Shown here one piece after another: positions 35,116-46,382 of a DNA stretch of 64,000 bases (within the stretch, counting starts at the first letter, position 1; each line of letters opens with the position of its first letter). The notes beneath the pieces were generated by a model that saw only the letters and a list, made by a program, of their open reading frames with translations, ran no database searches and was not told the DNA's origin. The translations under genes and the position numbers were made by a program. Source of the DNA: Camelus dromedarius (Eukaryota); contig NC_087445.1 in the NCBI RefSeq assembly GCF_036321535.1, positions 77,996,001 to 78,060,000 on the forward strand, in the 5' to 3' direction.

Positions 35116-36554
35116 CTGCAGTACAGCCCCCAAGGTGAGCAGAGGACACGACAGGCGGGCTGTGGCATCCATGGGGGCATCCATCCATCCATCCTCAGAG
35201 CCCCTTCAGGAGAGACCCCACCGCTGAGCAGTGAGGAGGTCAGCAGGCCGACACCCCAGGGACAGCACCCCATGGGGGTGGGGGGGCCGGTCCCACCTCT
35301 GCCCCTGCAGGCCCACCGCGGACACCCTGGCTCCCACCTCCCCACTGGACCAGAGGCTCTTGTGAGGGTCTCCGTGCTGTTCAGCCTCCTCCCCCCACCC
35401 CATCCTTCTCAGGCTTCACCCCCGCACGCCCTCCCTCTCCCACCTGTCTCAGCAGCCGCTTCCCGGGGGACCCAACTGAGCAAGAGTTGGAGGAAACGCA
35501 CCAGGAGCAGAAAGGGAGAAGCAGAAGTGCCACGTTTGCAGGGAAGTTAGCTCTGTGTGGTCAGACCCGCGGGCTCCACTTCCCACCCCTCCACCCCCCC
35601 AACCCCCGTGCCCACGGCAGCCGCCGCCGGGACCTCTGACCTGGGCCTGCGGGGCTGCTCTTGCTTCGGGGCCACTCCTCGGCCTCTGCCCCAGAACCAG
35701 GTCCGGGTGGGGACAAAGCACAGTGGTCCGATGGCAGGACGTGAGCCCCCACGACGCCAGCTGCCTCTGAGAGGCTGAGGTCCTCCGGGGCCTCCGGGGT
35801 CCATCCCCTGGGAAGTGCGGGCTGTAGGATTCTGTTCAGATCGCTCTGCTTCCGCGCTCATCTCAGCCCTGACCGTCCTCCCCGGACACGAGGGCCCTGC
35901 AGGGTCCGGGCCTCCCTGCAGCTCACGGCCCAGCCCGGAGCCCACCCTTCCACCCCGCGTCCACACCCCCTCCCGGTCCCAGCCCACCTGAGGGACCCCA
36001 CAGACAAGCAGAGCCACCGAGGATGCGGAAGCTCTTTATGTGAAGCCAGGAGAGGGGTAGGGGGCTGGGGGAGGAAGTGGGGGGGCCAGGGGGGCGGAGC
36101 AGCCCAGGCCCCCGGGACAGGGCCCCTTCCCTGTCCTACACGACAGAGGGTCCCGGTGGGGCGGCCCCAGGGCTGCTGTGGAGACTTGGCGCCCCTGCCG
36201 TGGAAAGGGGGAGCGGTCAGTGAGGCCAGGAGGGGAAGGGGGAGGGCAGATGCAGGCCACTAGGGGGCAGAATCCAGCTCCCGGTGCACGGGTGGGTGGG
36301 GGCAGACCCCGTGTTCCCGAGCGCACAGCAGTGAACCCAGCAGACACTGGGGGAACAGAGAGGGGGCCTAAATGTCTGGCAATGAAGCTCAGGAACAGGC
36401 ATCGAAGGGAGGGTCCCGTCCCAGAGGGGCTCTCGGAGCAGAGAAGTCCCTCCTGGCTCAGGCCGGGCCCCGCCTGCCTGCGGCTTGGGGAGCCCCGGTG
36501 GCCCCTGACGTCCCACTGGACCCAGGACTCTGGTTTGCTTCAGGGCCACTCACC

Positions 36555-38796
36555 CTAATCACTTTCAGGATCGCAGCTTTCTGTAGAGACCAAGACAGAG
36601 CCAGGGGTGGGGAGACGCCGGGACAAGGGCCGAGGCCCCTCCCCACCCGCAGCGCAGACGCGGGTCACGAGACCCAGCGCGGGGCCCTGGCGGCCCTGTG
36701 ACCCGTCACAGCACAGGTGTCTCCCCACGCAGGCGCCGGGGAAGGGGCAGGAGGGTCATGGGCTGCGTGGAGAAAGAGGAGAGGACACAGGGAGGGACAC
36801 GGGGACACAGCAGGGCCGCCCCCTTACCCATCAGTGCAGGAATGAAGATGTCCTCCTGGGGTAATCCCTCGCGCTGCGTGAACTTCTTAAAAGCATCCAG
36901 GGCTTCCTGGTTCACGTCGGGATTCCTACCTGCAGGCCAGGCACCCGGTGAGCCCCGGACTTGGGGAGCAGATCCAGGGAGCAGGGGCCCCTCCCTGCAC
37001 CAGGGTTCACCCTGGAGTGGCCGAGGGCAGGAGGGGCGCTCAGCCGGGGAGTGGACACAGAGCAGGTCAAGAGGAGACAGGCCCCCACCCAGCTGACACA
37101 TCCCCGGGAAGGGGGGTAGCAGTGGGGACACCCTGAGTCCGTGAGTGCTCTGGGGGGCCCCGGGCTGGCTTCCGAGGCTGACCTGTAGGGTCACGTCCCT
37201 GACCCAGAGGAACGTGCTGCCCTCTGACCAGAGAATTCTTGGACTTGACTCCCAGCCCGGAGAAGGCCTCCAGGAGCAACACCGCCCTCCCCAACGCTGA
37301 CCAGCCCCGCGTCCGAGACCCCGGGAAGCGGCTCTTTGCAGCAGCAGTGGCTGGAATCCACTCCGTGAGTGGTCTGTTGGGCCCAAGAGGGTGATGTCTG
37401 TCCCTAGCCTGTGGGGGCCCCTGAACCCACCCTTCCCAGGGCAGCACCCAGCCCAGCACAGTGGGTGGGCCCTGTGCAGAGATGCGGGCGTGTGGGGGCG
37501 GAGACTTACCCACAAGCTCGGCTCCTCTGAACTTTCCCCCGTGTACTCTCCTTCGCTATAGAACACAAGATGCCCCTTCCCGGGCGTCCCATCCACGTGC
37601 AGGTGGCTCTTGCCCCAGCTGCGGGAGGTCGGGGGCAGGGTGCGTTAGCATCTAACCCCAGGACCCCGACCGCCATGCCCCCGGGTCCGGTCACCTGTCC
37701 CCCGGTGTCCCCGCCTGGCCTCAGCCCCAGGAGTGGGGTCCCTAAAACCAGGGCCCCCCTCCCTGTGACTGCCCCCTCCTGGCCACAGGACAGAACAGTG
37801 GGGGCAGGAGGCTGCCTGGGGGAACGCTCCCCCTCTGGGTGCCCCCAGCCGTCCAGGACTCACAGGCACTGTATTCACTGGGCACACTGGTCTTTTCTAG
37901 GACAAGCTCCACTTCAGAGCACCAGCCATCGATCCTGGAGAACAGAGCCCAGGGGGCAGGGCCTCGATGTCCCCTTCTGCTTGGAGGGAGGCACCAGGCC
38001 CCCCACCCCAATCTCGGAGCAGCACGGCTGACCCCAAATCCCAGCGGGTCCCTCCCACCTCCACTGCCTCATCCCAGCTAAGCCACCCCTGGGCCCCTTC
38101 CCCCGCCGAGTTCAGGGTTATTCAGCATCTCCCCATGCCTGCAAGGTGGCAGGAGAACCCTGAGTGGGGCTGGCTCTGTGGCCACGGTCCCGACGGGCCT
38201 GGCCAGGGGTCTGGGGCCATGGGAAAGGGGCCAGCGTGAGGGGACAGGGCCCCAGACACTCACATGTGCCTCAGGGAGACCTGCACGTGGCCACTGCCCA
38301 GCTTGGAGAACGTGACGGGGGCACTGTCCTCGGGGAGATGACCTTGTCCCCTGGGACAGCCTTCATGAGCCACGCCCCTGCCATCTGAAAGACGGAGCTG
38401 CTGGCTGTCTGCTGGTCTTCCTTGTCACCAGCTACCGCTGCCTGTGGCCAGCTCGCCTGCCCCCAAGCCCGCAGGTGCACCCACAGCCCCCTGCCGGCTG
38501 CCCCCTGAGCACACCCGAGGTCCTCCCACTAGCGCGCTCCTGGGGCACCGGCTGGGGCCGAGGACACAGGTCGGAGGCCCCTGTGGCTCCCAGTCCTCCT
38601 GCTCTCTCTGCCACAGCCTGTGCGGAGGGCCGAGCCTCCTGACCCCAGGGTCCTGGTCTCCGTGAGCAGGGAGGGTTCGGCCTCTGGCCCGTCGCCTCCA
38701 CTCCACCCCAAGGGAGCCTCCCATCCGGCTCCTGGAGGGACTGGCCTGCAGGGCCACAGTCAGGCTGAGGCTGACGGTCAGGAGCAGGGTCCTCAT
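36555..38796 (-). pseudogene. OBP2A/OBP2B-type odorant-binding lipocalin, apparently pseudogenised
   Basis: Exons are ~38723-38796, 38264-38384, 37864-37934, 37510-37618, 36828-36929 (GRNPDVNQEALDAFKKFTQREGLPQEDIFIPALM) and 36555-36580 (ESCDPESD*), with a non-coding exon from 36135. Lesions: exon 1 donor reads GGGAGG instead of GTGAGG, exon 1 is 74 nt, exon 2 is 121 nt (needs 3n+2), exon 4 is 109 nt (vs 111). Confidence 0.85.
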
Positions 38797-38877
38797 CTCT
38801 GGGGCTCTGCGCCCACGGCCGGCAGACTGGCTCGCTGGGGCTGGGAGAGGCCGTGCCAGCCCCTTGAACGGCCGGCC

Positions 38878-38920
38878 TTTATCCTCCCGGCTCAGGGTCC
38901 CCCGCGGAACTTGGCCCAGC
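38878..38920 (-). promoter_or_regulatory. GATAAA (TATA-position) box plus upstream GCCAAGTTCCGC element of the OBP2-type gene
   Basis: Minus-strand GGATAAAGGCCGGCC lies about 85 nt upstream of the ATG. The same motifs occur upstream of the LCN1-type gene. Confidence 0.55.
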
Positions 38921-39364
38921 CCAGCCACGGCCCCGGCCAGCTGGCGAGGCAATGTCCTCATTTCCAACAACGGCCCATTCGGCCCTCGGGCTGCCTCGCG
39001 CCCTCCCTACATGGTCGGGGGGGAAGCGGGAGCCCCCCTGCCCTTGGAGCCCCAGATGAGGGTACAGCCTCGCTCCTTACCCGCCCTCCTCCCCTCGCCC
39101 ACCTTTGCCCGCTCTCCCACCGGTCTGCCCCATGGGCTGATGGAGGACAGTCCCCGGAGCAGAGAGAGGCAGCTGTTCAAGCAGCTCAGGCCCCATCCGT
39201 GGCCCTGCTGCTCCCGGGCCTGCAACCTTCCACTCTGCATCGTCCCGTAAGGGGCCCTGTTGGGGATTCAGAGCTTAGTTCAGTCCTGCCTCCTCCAGGG
39301 AGGATAGATAGATAGATACCCCTGTAGCACGTTCTCTGTTCAATTTTCTGTAGAGAACCTTTCT

Positions 39365-39755
39365 CATTCTTTAGGGCGACCAAAACAAAGGACCCCAAAC
39401 TAGGGGGCTGAAAACAACAGAAACTTACCATCTCCCAGTTCTGAGACCAAAAGTCAGAAATCAAGGTGTCACAGGGCCCGGCTCCCTCTGGAGGCTCCAG
39501 GGAAGGGTCCTTCCTGCCTCCTCCAGCTCCTGGTGGCCCCAGGCTTTCCTGGCTTTGACCACATCACCCCAGTCTCTGGTCTGTCCCCACGTGGCTTCTC
39601 CCCTGTGCCTCTCTGGACACCAGTCCTTGGAGGCAGGGCCCACACCAATCCAGGGTAGCCTCACCTCGCCCTCTGTAACTTAATTAATCACATGTGCACA
39701 GAGCCGCTTCCAATCAGCTTAGACTCCCGGTGGGGTATTTTGGGGGGCCACCCAG
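39365..39755. mobile_element. MLT1-type MaLR solo LTR
   Basis: ggctgaaaacaacagaaacttaccatctcccagttctg..aaatcaaggtgtcacaggg..gctccctctggaggctcc..gggcccacaccaatccag matches the MLT1 layout as I recall it. Confidence 0.75.
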
Positions 39756-40879
39756 CCTACCGCCATGGTCATCCTGCCTTGAATGGCCTTGCTGGTGTCT
39801 TCGTCTTCCTGTTTGCTGTCCCAGGAAGGGAGTCTGACCACTTGTTCACAACTGCTTGTCCAGTGCACAGAGGAGCACCCCCCACGAGAGGGGCCCGTCA
39901 TTCCTCTGGTGACTCGGGCCTCCTCTCTCGTGGAGTCCAACCATGGCCCCCCCAGAGTATCCCACTGTCTCCACCCCACCCAGCCAGGCGAGGGGCACAG
40001 CTACCAGTGGCCTGACCCTCCATGGAGCCCCTGCTGCCTCTGAGCAAGGAGCCCTGTTTCCTTTCCAGAGACAGAGCAGGTTCTGAGCTTGGAGCACCTT
40101 CCTGGGACCGAGGGCTGACCCCAGCGGGAGGCCAGGGCCGCAGGTGGACGCCAGGGCCTCACAAAGTCATCTTTGTGCCTGCCTGGGCCAAGTATACCAA
40201 CCCCGGGGACAGAACTGAAGGTGTCAGCTTGACCCTGTAATTACCGTAATTACCCCCGAAGGTGCTGCTGACAGAGCCCAGCTTTCCCCAGGGGTGGGGT
40301 CACGAGGGGCAGGCCCAGCGCCCCCTCAGGAGACAAGGAGGCTGGTCCAGGCTGCAGGGAGAGGGCCCCCTGTTCCCCGCCTGCGCAGCCTTCTCCCAGG
40401 GACTGGCAGGAGTCCTGCCCCTACCGCGTCGTGGGGAGGCGGGGTGTACCCTGCACCCCTTAACATCCTGGTTCCTGCAGAGACCCCGGGACCCACCCCC
40501 ACTCTCAGGGAGCCTGGACATCAGGGCACCCAGGGGCCCAAGAGGGAGGTTTGTCCGCAGCCCAGCGAGGTCTGTCGGGGAAAGAACAGACGCTGGCAGC
40601 CAGCCCGGGCGTGGGCAGCAGGCCCAAGGCGGATAAGGAGGCACTGCTCCCGCGTTTACAGACGCAGGGGAGCGTGAGTGTGGGAAGGAGCACACACCGG
40701 GAGACCAGGACGGAGGGTCGCACAGCGCGGCCGCGCAGCCAGGCCAGCCGGCTCACTGCAGACCTGTTCCATGGAGGGTCATCCTCTCACCATGCAAAGC
40801 GCCGGAGCCCCTGGACCCCCACGTGCAAGCAGATGGGAGTCACACCCACGGAACCCGTGCCTTTCTTTCCAAATTCTCT

Positions 40880-41780
40880 CTGCATCGATCACAGGTCTCA
40901 GTGCGATGCAAATCAATACAACATTTAGAAGAAAACAAATTTTCATGACCTGGCATTAGGCAAAGGATTCTTAAGTACAGCACCAGAAGTATGCTGATTA
41001 AAGAAAAATTAGTGAATTTGACTTCATCAGAATTAAAATTTTTTGCTTTGCAAAAATGAAATTAAGAGACTCAAAAAAACAAAAAACCGAGACCCAACAA
41101 GCTACACGCTGGAAAAACAATTTGCAAATTGCACAACCCTAACAAAGAATATATAAAAAATCTCAAACCTCAACATTAAAAAAGCCAGCAATCCAAAGAA
41201 ACGAGCAAAATACTTGAACAGACATGTCCCTGAGGAAGGCGCCTGGGGGCAAGTGGGCAGGGGCTGAGGGTCACTGTCACCTCCGTCGGGGCATGCCTGA
41301 CGGACGGGAGGGTCTTTAACGAGCCCAGACGAGGGAGGGGAGCTCGCTGGGGACGTGAAGCGGAGCGGCGGTTCTGGAAAACCGCTTGGTGGTTCTTACA
41401 CATCTGAACGTACACAGCCACCGACCTGGCAGTTTCCCTCCCGGGTTTTGATACAAAAGAGATGAGAACGGGATGGCGCTACCTTGTGTACACAAGTGCT
41501 CACAGCTGCTGCACACACGAGCCGGGTGCCCACACCTCCGACAGGTCCGCGGGTGGGACTTGTCTCCTAACAACCGAACAGGTGTCGGCGGCAGAGCTGG
41601 CATTGCCAGGGGACACAGCCAGGCTCAAAAAGCGACAAGCCAGGGACCACTCGACTCTCCGGGTGGAGGGGAGACCGGGGGCTCGGGGATGGGGGAGATT
41701 TGACAGCAAAGGGGAGCGGGGGGAGGCTCGGGGGACGGTACTGCTCGGTGTCCTGACGCGGTGGGGGTGCACAATCTAAG
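40880..41780 (+). mobile_element. Old L1M(C)-type ORF2/3' UTR fragment, distal half GC-shifted
   Basis: catgacctggcattaggcaaaggattctt, ttgacttcatcagaattaaaa, cttgaacagacat, followed by a degenerate 3' UTR. Confidence 0.7.
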
Positions 41781-42259
41781 CCTGAGCTGAACTCCCCAGA
41801 AATGTGCGTAAGACGTTTTCCTCTGTGTTACTTTTAAAATAAAATAATAAAAAGCAGATGTGTTGAAAACAAAAGAATGGAAAAGGGCTGTCTTCGTCGG
41901 TCTATAACCAAGTTCCCCTGGCTGGGGGCTCCTAAACCAGACGGGCATAGTCCTCATTTCTGGGGGCCTGGGGGTCAGGGAGTCAGCCACTGGGGTCAGT
42001 GGGCGCCCGCCTCGGGGCTGTGGGCTGGCCTGGCAGAGAGACAGAGGGAGCAAGTCCGCATCGGGACCCCTGTGCTGGGACCCCCCCAGCGCCGGCCTGG
42101 CTCCTGGCCTCCCCTGTCCCGTCACCTCCCCAGCCCCTCCCCCCTCTCGCACTCACGTGGGGTGAGCCCCACTTCATCACAAGGGCCCAGCGGGAAGTGG
42201 CAGGAGAAAACGTGGGTGCCTCGACACAGGGAAGCTGGCTGCTGATGGGAGGGGTGCCA

Positions 42260-43730
42260 GCAGAAAGACAGCCGAACCAGAGAACCCGGCTGTGTCAGGA
42301 GAAATAATACAATCCTGCGAATAGGGAGAAAAAGTACCGAAGATAAAAAGCAGCTCCGGGAGCTGTGGGACGAGATCAGACAGCCCACCACGTGTGTGAC
42401 TGAGTCCCAGGAGGAGGCAAGAGACTCGAGGGCGGAGGAACCCTCTGAGGAGATACGGACGGAAGTTGTCCAAATTTTACGAAAAACCTTAAATTACAGA
42501 TCCGAAAGCTCAGAAAACCCCAAGTAACATAAATCAAGAGAAATCAATGCCTCAACATCAAAGTCCCAAAAACCAAACTTAAAGAGAAAATTTGAAAACA
42601 ACCAAAGGGAAAAACTATGTCGCACACAGGAGAGCATTAAGCTGAGCAAGGACCGTCATTTCATCAGGAGCCAGAGGCCAGGACGCTGTGGGACAACACC
42701 TCTCAAGGGCTGAAGGAAGTAACTGCCAACCCAGAATTCCACCTCTGCTGAAAATATCCTTCCAGGACAAAAGCAAAATGTTAATTATCAGAGAAATGCA
42801 AGTCAGAGCCACAGTGAGGTTTCACCTCACACCAGTCAGAATGGCCATCCTTAAAAAGTGCACAGACGATAAATGCTGGAGAGGGTGTGGAGGAAAGGGA
42901 GCCCTCCTACACTGCTGGGGGGAATGCAGTTTGGTGCAGCCATTATGGAAAACAGTACAGAGATTCCTCAGAAAACTAAAAATAAATTTACAATATGATC
43001 CAGCAATCCCACTTCTGGGCACATATCCAGAGGGAACCTTAACTCAAAAAACACATGCANNNNNNNNNNNNNNNNNNNNNNNNNNNNNNNNNNNNNNNNN
43101 NNNNNNNNNNNNNNNNNNNNNNNNNNNNNNNNNNNNNNNNNNNNNNNNNNNNNNNNNNNNNNNNNNNNNNNNNNNNNNNNNNNNNNNNNNNNNNNNNNNN
43201 NNNNNNNNNNNNNNNNNNNNNNNNNNNNNNNNNNNNNNNNNAGTGAAGTAAGTCATAAAGAGAAAGAAAAATACCATATGATGTCACTCATATGTGGAAT
43301 CAAAAAAGAAAAAAGAAAAGAAGACACTAATGAACTCATCTACAAGACAGAAATAGTCACAGACATAGAGAACAAACTTACAGGTACCGGGTGGGGGGAA
43401 GGAGAATGGAGAGGGATAAATTGGGAGTTTGGGATTTGCCGATACTAACTACTGTATATAAAACAGACAAGCAGTATGTGTGTATGTATGTGCATGTGTA
43501 ACTGAATTGCTCTGCTGTACACCTGAGACTAACATTGTGAACTGACTACACTTCAATAAAAAAAAAAAGTAAAGGAGAACAACAGGTGAACAACAAGGTC
43601 CTGCCGCACAGCAGGAGGAGCCGAGCTGGACGGCTTGAGACGGCCTGTAGTGAAGAAGGACATGTGTAACTGAGTCGCTACGCTGCACGCTGGGGATTAA
43701 CGCTATACGTCAATGTTTTTATTTTTTATG
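42260..43730 (+). mobile_element. L1 cluster: old ORF1 relic (42260-42780), younger 3' fragment with N-gap (42780-43570), second degenerate tail (43570-43730)
   Basis: ORF1-like cagatccgaaagctcagaaaaccccaag. ORF2 C-terminal peptide [32 protein letters not shown]. Gap at 43060-43241. A-tail at ~43556-43568. Confidence 0.85.
43060..43241. other. Assembly gap (182 N)
   Basis: Run of N inside an L1. Confidence 1.
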
Positions 43731-46382
43731 TCTTTTTTTTTTATACTTCAATTTTTAAAAAAAAGAATAAAAGCAAAATGAAACCTCTGGATGAAAGAAA
43801 CCAGAGGGGAAACGCCAGAAGACGTCCTTGGGGCTGCCGGGAAGTGATGCGGGCAGAGCCCAGGGAGAGCCGGCGTCGGACGCGCAAGGAGGTGGGGACC
43901 CGAAACCTCCTCCGTTCCTCCCCAGCAGATGCGACCACTCCAAGCCACCAGGTGGCCGTCGCTGGGGGGCCACCGTCCCGCAAAGGGCGCAGGGAGAGCG
44001 GGTCAGGTCGGCTGCCGCGTTTCTGCGTTTGCGGCAAAGCTGCCCGTCGCCGGCCCTCAGCAGGCGGTGAGCGTGAGAGCTGTTGCTGACACCCCGGGGT
44101 TCACTCGGACGCTGGCACTGGGCTCCCGCGGGCACGCAGGTCTTTGTCCTGGCCGCGTGTCTTCTTCTTCCTCACCTCTGCTCCTCCGAGGGACACGCCC
44201 TCTTCCAAAAAGCCCCCACCTGACGGAAGCAGTGCCCAGCATCTCCGGCCCGGCCCGGGAGAAAGCGCGGGGCTGCTGGGGAGGCACCCCTGTGCTCCAT
44301 GCCTGTTGCGCTCCCCGTGTGCCTGCCGGGGGCGGGCATGTGGTCAGCCCAGCCCGTGGGGCGGCAGCTCTGGGTCTGGGGCACAGGCTTGGGGCGGAGC
44401 TGCTGGGACCCCGTGTTCCTGTTCTCTCTGTGGACTCACATCACCCCAAAGCAGAGCCTTGACCACAGGCTGTGTTCAGCAGAGCAGCCCCTGTCCCCAT
44501 AGGGCCCCTGCGGACAGTCATCCCGACAAGCAGGCGTCCTCCCGGGGGTGCCCAGCGAGCAGGAGGGAGGAGAGCCCACCCGGGCCTCCCAGCAGCCGCT
44601 GAGCACCTGGGCTCCATCCCGACTCCGTGTGCCGGCCGGCGGGCCTCCATGGGCGGGGGCTGCAGCATGTGTCCACTGAGCACCCTCGTGTGTGGGTGGT
44701 AGGGACACCCCCACCCACAGGCTGCCCTTTGGGGGCTGAGCTGACTCCTGTGGGGCCACAGGCTTAGCCAAGCCAAGGAACCACACCTGAGGTACCTGTG
44801 CACCTACCCCAGGCGACCTCAGAGCGGGCACTGTGTCCTGAGCCGGGCGTCCCAAGCACCTGCTATTGGAGGCCCCCAGGCGCCGTATAAGAACCAGGAC
44901 CCCCCGTGGGACACAGGTGTGTCGGCCCTGTTCAACGCGCTCTTCCCCCAGTCTGAGGCCCTGGTTGGGGTGCCGGAGTCCCCTTCCGGAGCAGTGGGTC
45001 ATGTCCACACCCCACCCTTCCCTTGTCCAGCCATCCTGCTCCCGGCCACGCAGCACCAGATAGCTGGGGCAGCTCCGCCGCCCCGGACCCCTGGAATCAT
45101 TGCAATAGCTGGTTCACAGGGTGCCCAGAAAAGCCAGCTCGCCCCACTCCGTGCGCCTCACCGAGCTCCCCCTTAGCTCACCTCCTGGTCACACTGTCCC
45201 CAGAGCAGCCCCTGCCCGGCAGGCTCTGTGTCCAGAGCCACGAGGAGCCCAGAGCCCTGCGTCTCATCTCCAAGAGTCACCGGATCGTGTCGCGCCATCA
45301 GAAAAACTTTAAATTTCATGAGTCACCAGGAACCCCCGAAATGTGTCAAAACAAGTTGACCTGAGGTGACTCAGCCCCAGGGCTGTAACTCACCTTCCCA
45401 GACCCGCCCAGGTGTGGACCGGAGAGACCAGGGCCCGGAGGCAGGGTAGGACGTAGCAGCCTAGAACCGGGGCAGCCTCCTCAGCCCAGGGCACCAGTTC
45501 AGCCCAGCCACACCCCTGCCTGAGCGCTGTCCCCGTCTCTGCCCCATGTCCGGGCTCTGCAGACATGGACCAGGGCCGAGGGTCTACCCAGTTGCAAGAA
45601 CAGAGGCCCCTTTGTCCCAGCATGGCAGGCCCTGCTGATGCAGCTCTGTGGACCAGGACATCAGACCTGCAGGAACTCCCACCAGACACCAGGCAGAGCC
45701 ACCAGCACCCCGACTCCACCTGGACCCTCACGCCCATTGGACTGAGAAAGGACCAGGGAGACTCAGGACATCAGGGGTCCTCCCACCCTTCCACCCCACG
45801 TCCACACCCCCTCCCTGTCCCAGCCCACCCAAGGGGCCCCCACAGACAAGCAGAGTCACCGAGGATGCGGAAGCTCTTTATGTGAAGCCAGGAGAAGGGG
45901 TGGGGGACTGGGGGAGGAGGGGGAGATGGGGAGGCCGGAGGGGGCGAAGCTGCCCAGGCCCCCGGGACAGGGCTCCTTCCAGGTCCTGTGGCACAGAGGT
46001 CCTGGTGGTGCTGCCACTGGGTGCTCCCTGCCCTGGAAAGGGGCGGGGGTCATGAGCCAGGATGGCAGAGGGGGAGGGGGCTGCAGTGGAGAACCAGGTG
46101 CGGGGCTCTCGAGGGCTCAGCAGGAGGGATTTCCCACCTGCTGGGGGAGCAGCTGTGGGGATACGGCAGGGCCGACAGCCTCCCTCCTGCACCCAGCCCA
46201 CGGAGTGCTCACCCAAAGCAGATCTCCCAGCCGCCCAGGCTCCCCGAGACAGCCGGGAGGCATGGCTCACGTGCAGGGGCCCCGCCTGCCTGGCCCAGGA
46301 GGGGTCTCCTGCCCCGCGGGGAGCAGGGCTGGGAGACCGACCCTGTGGCCTCTCAAGCGTCCTCTCCCGCTGCTTACTTACC

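Noticed and set aside
42688-43251. L1 ORF2-like open frame as an active element (also 4790-5269)
   Set aside because: Only the C-terminal ORF2 tail is present, 5'-truncated, with no endonuclease/RT frame, and it is interrupted by N.
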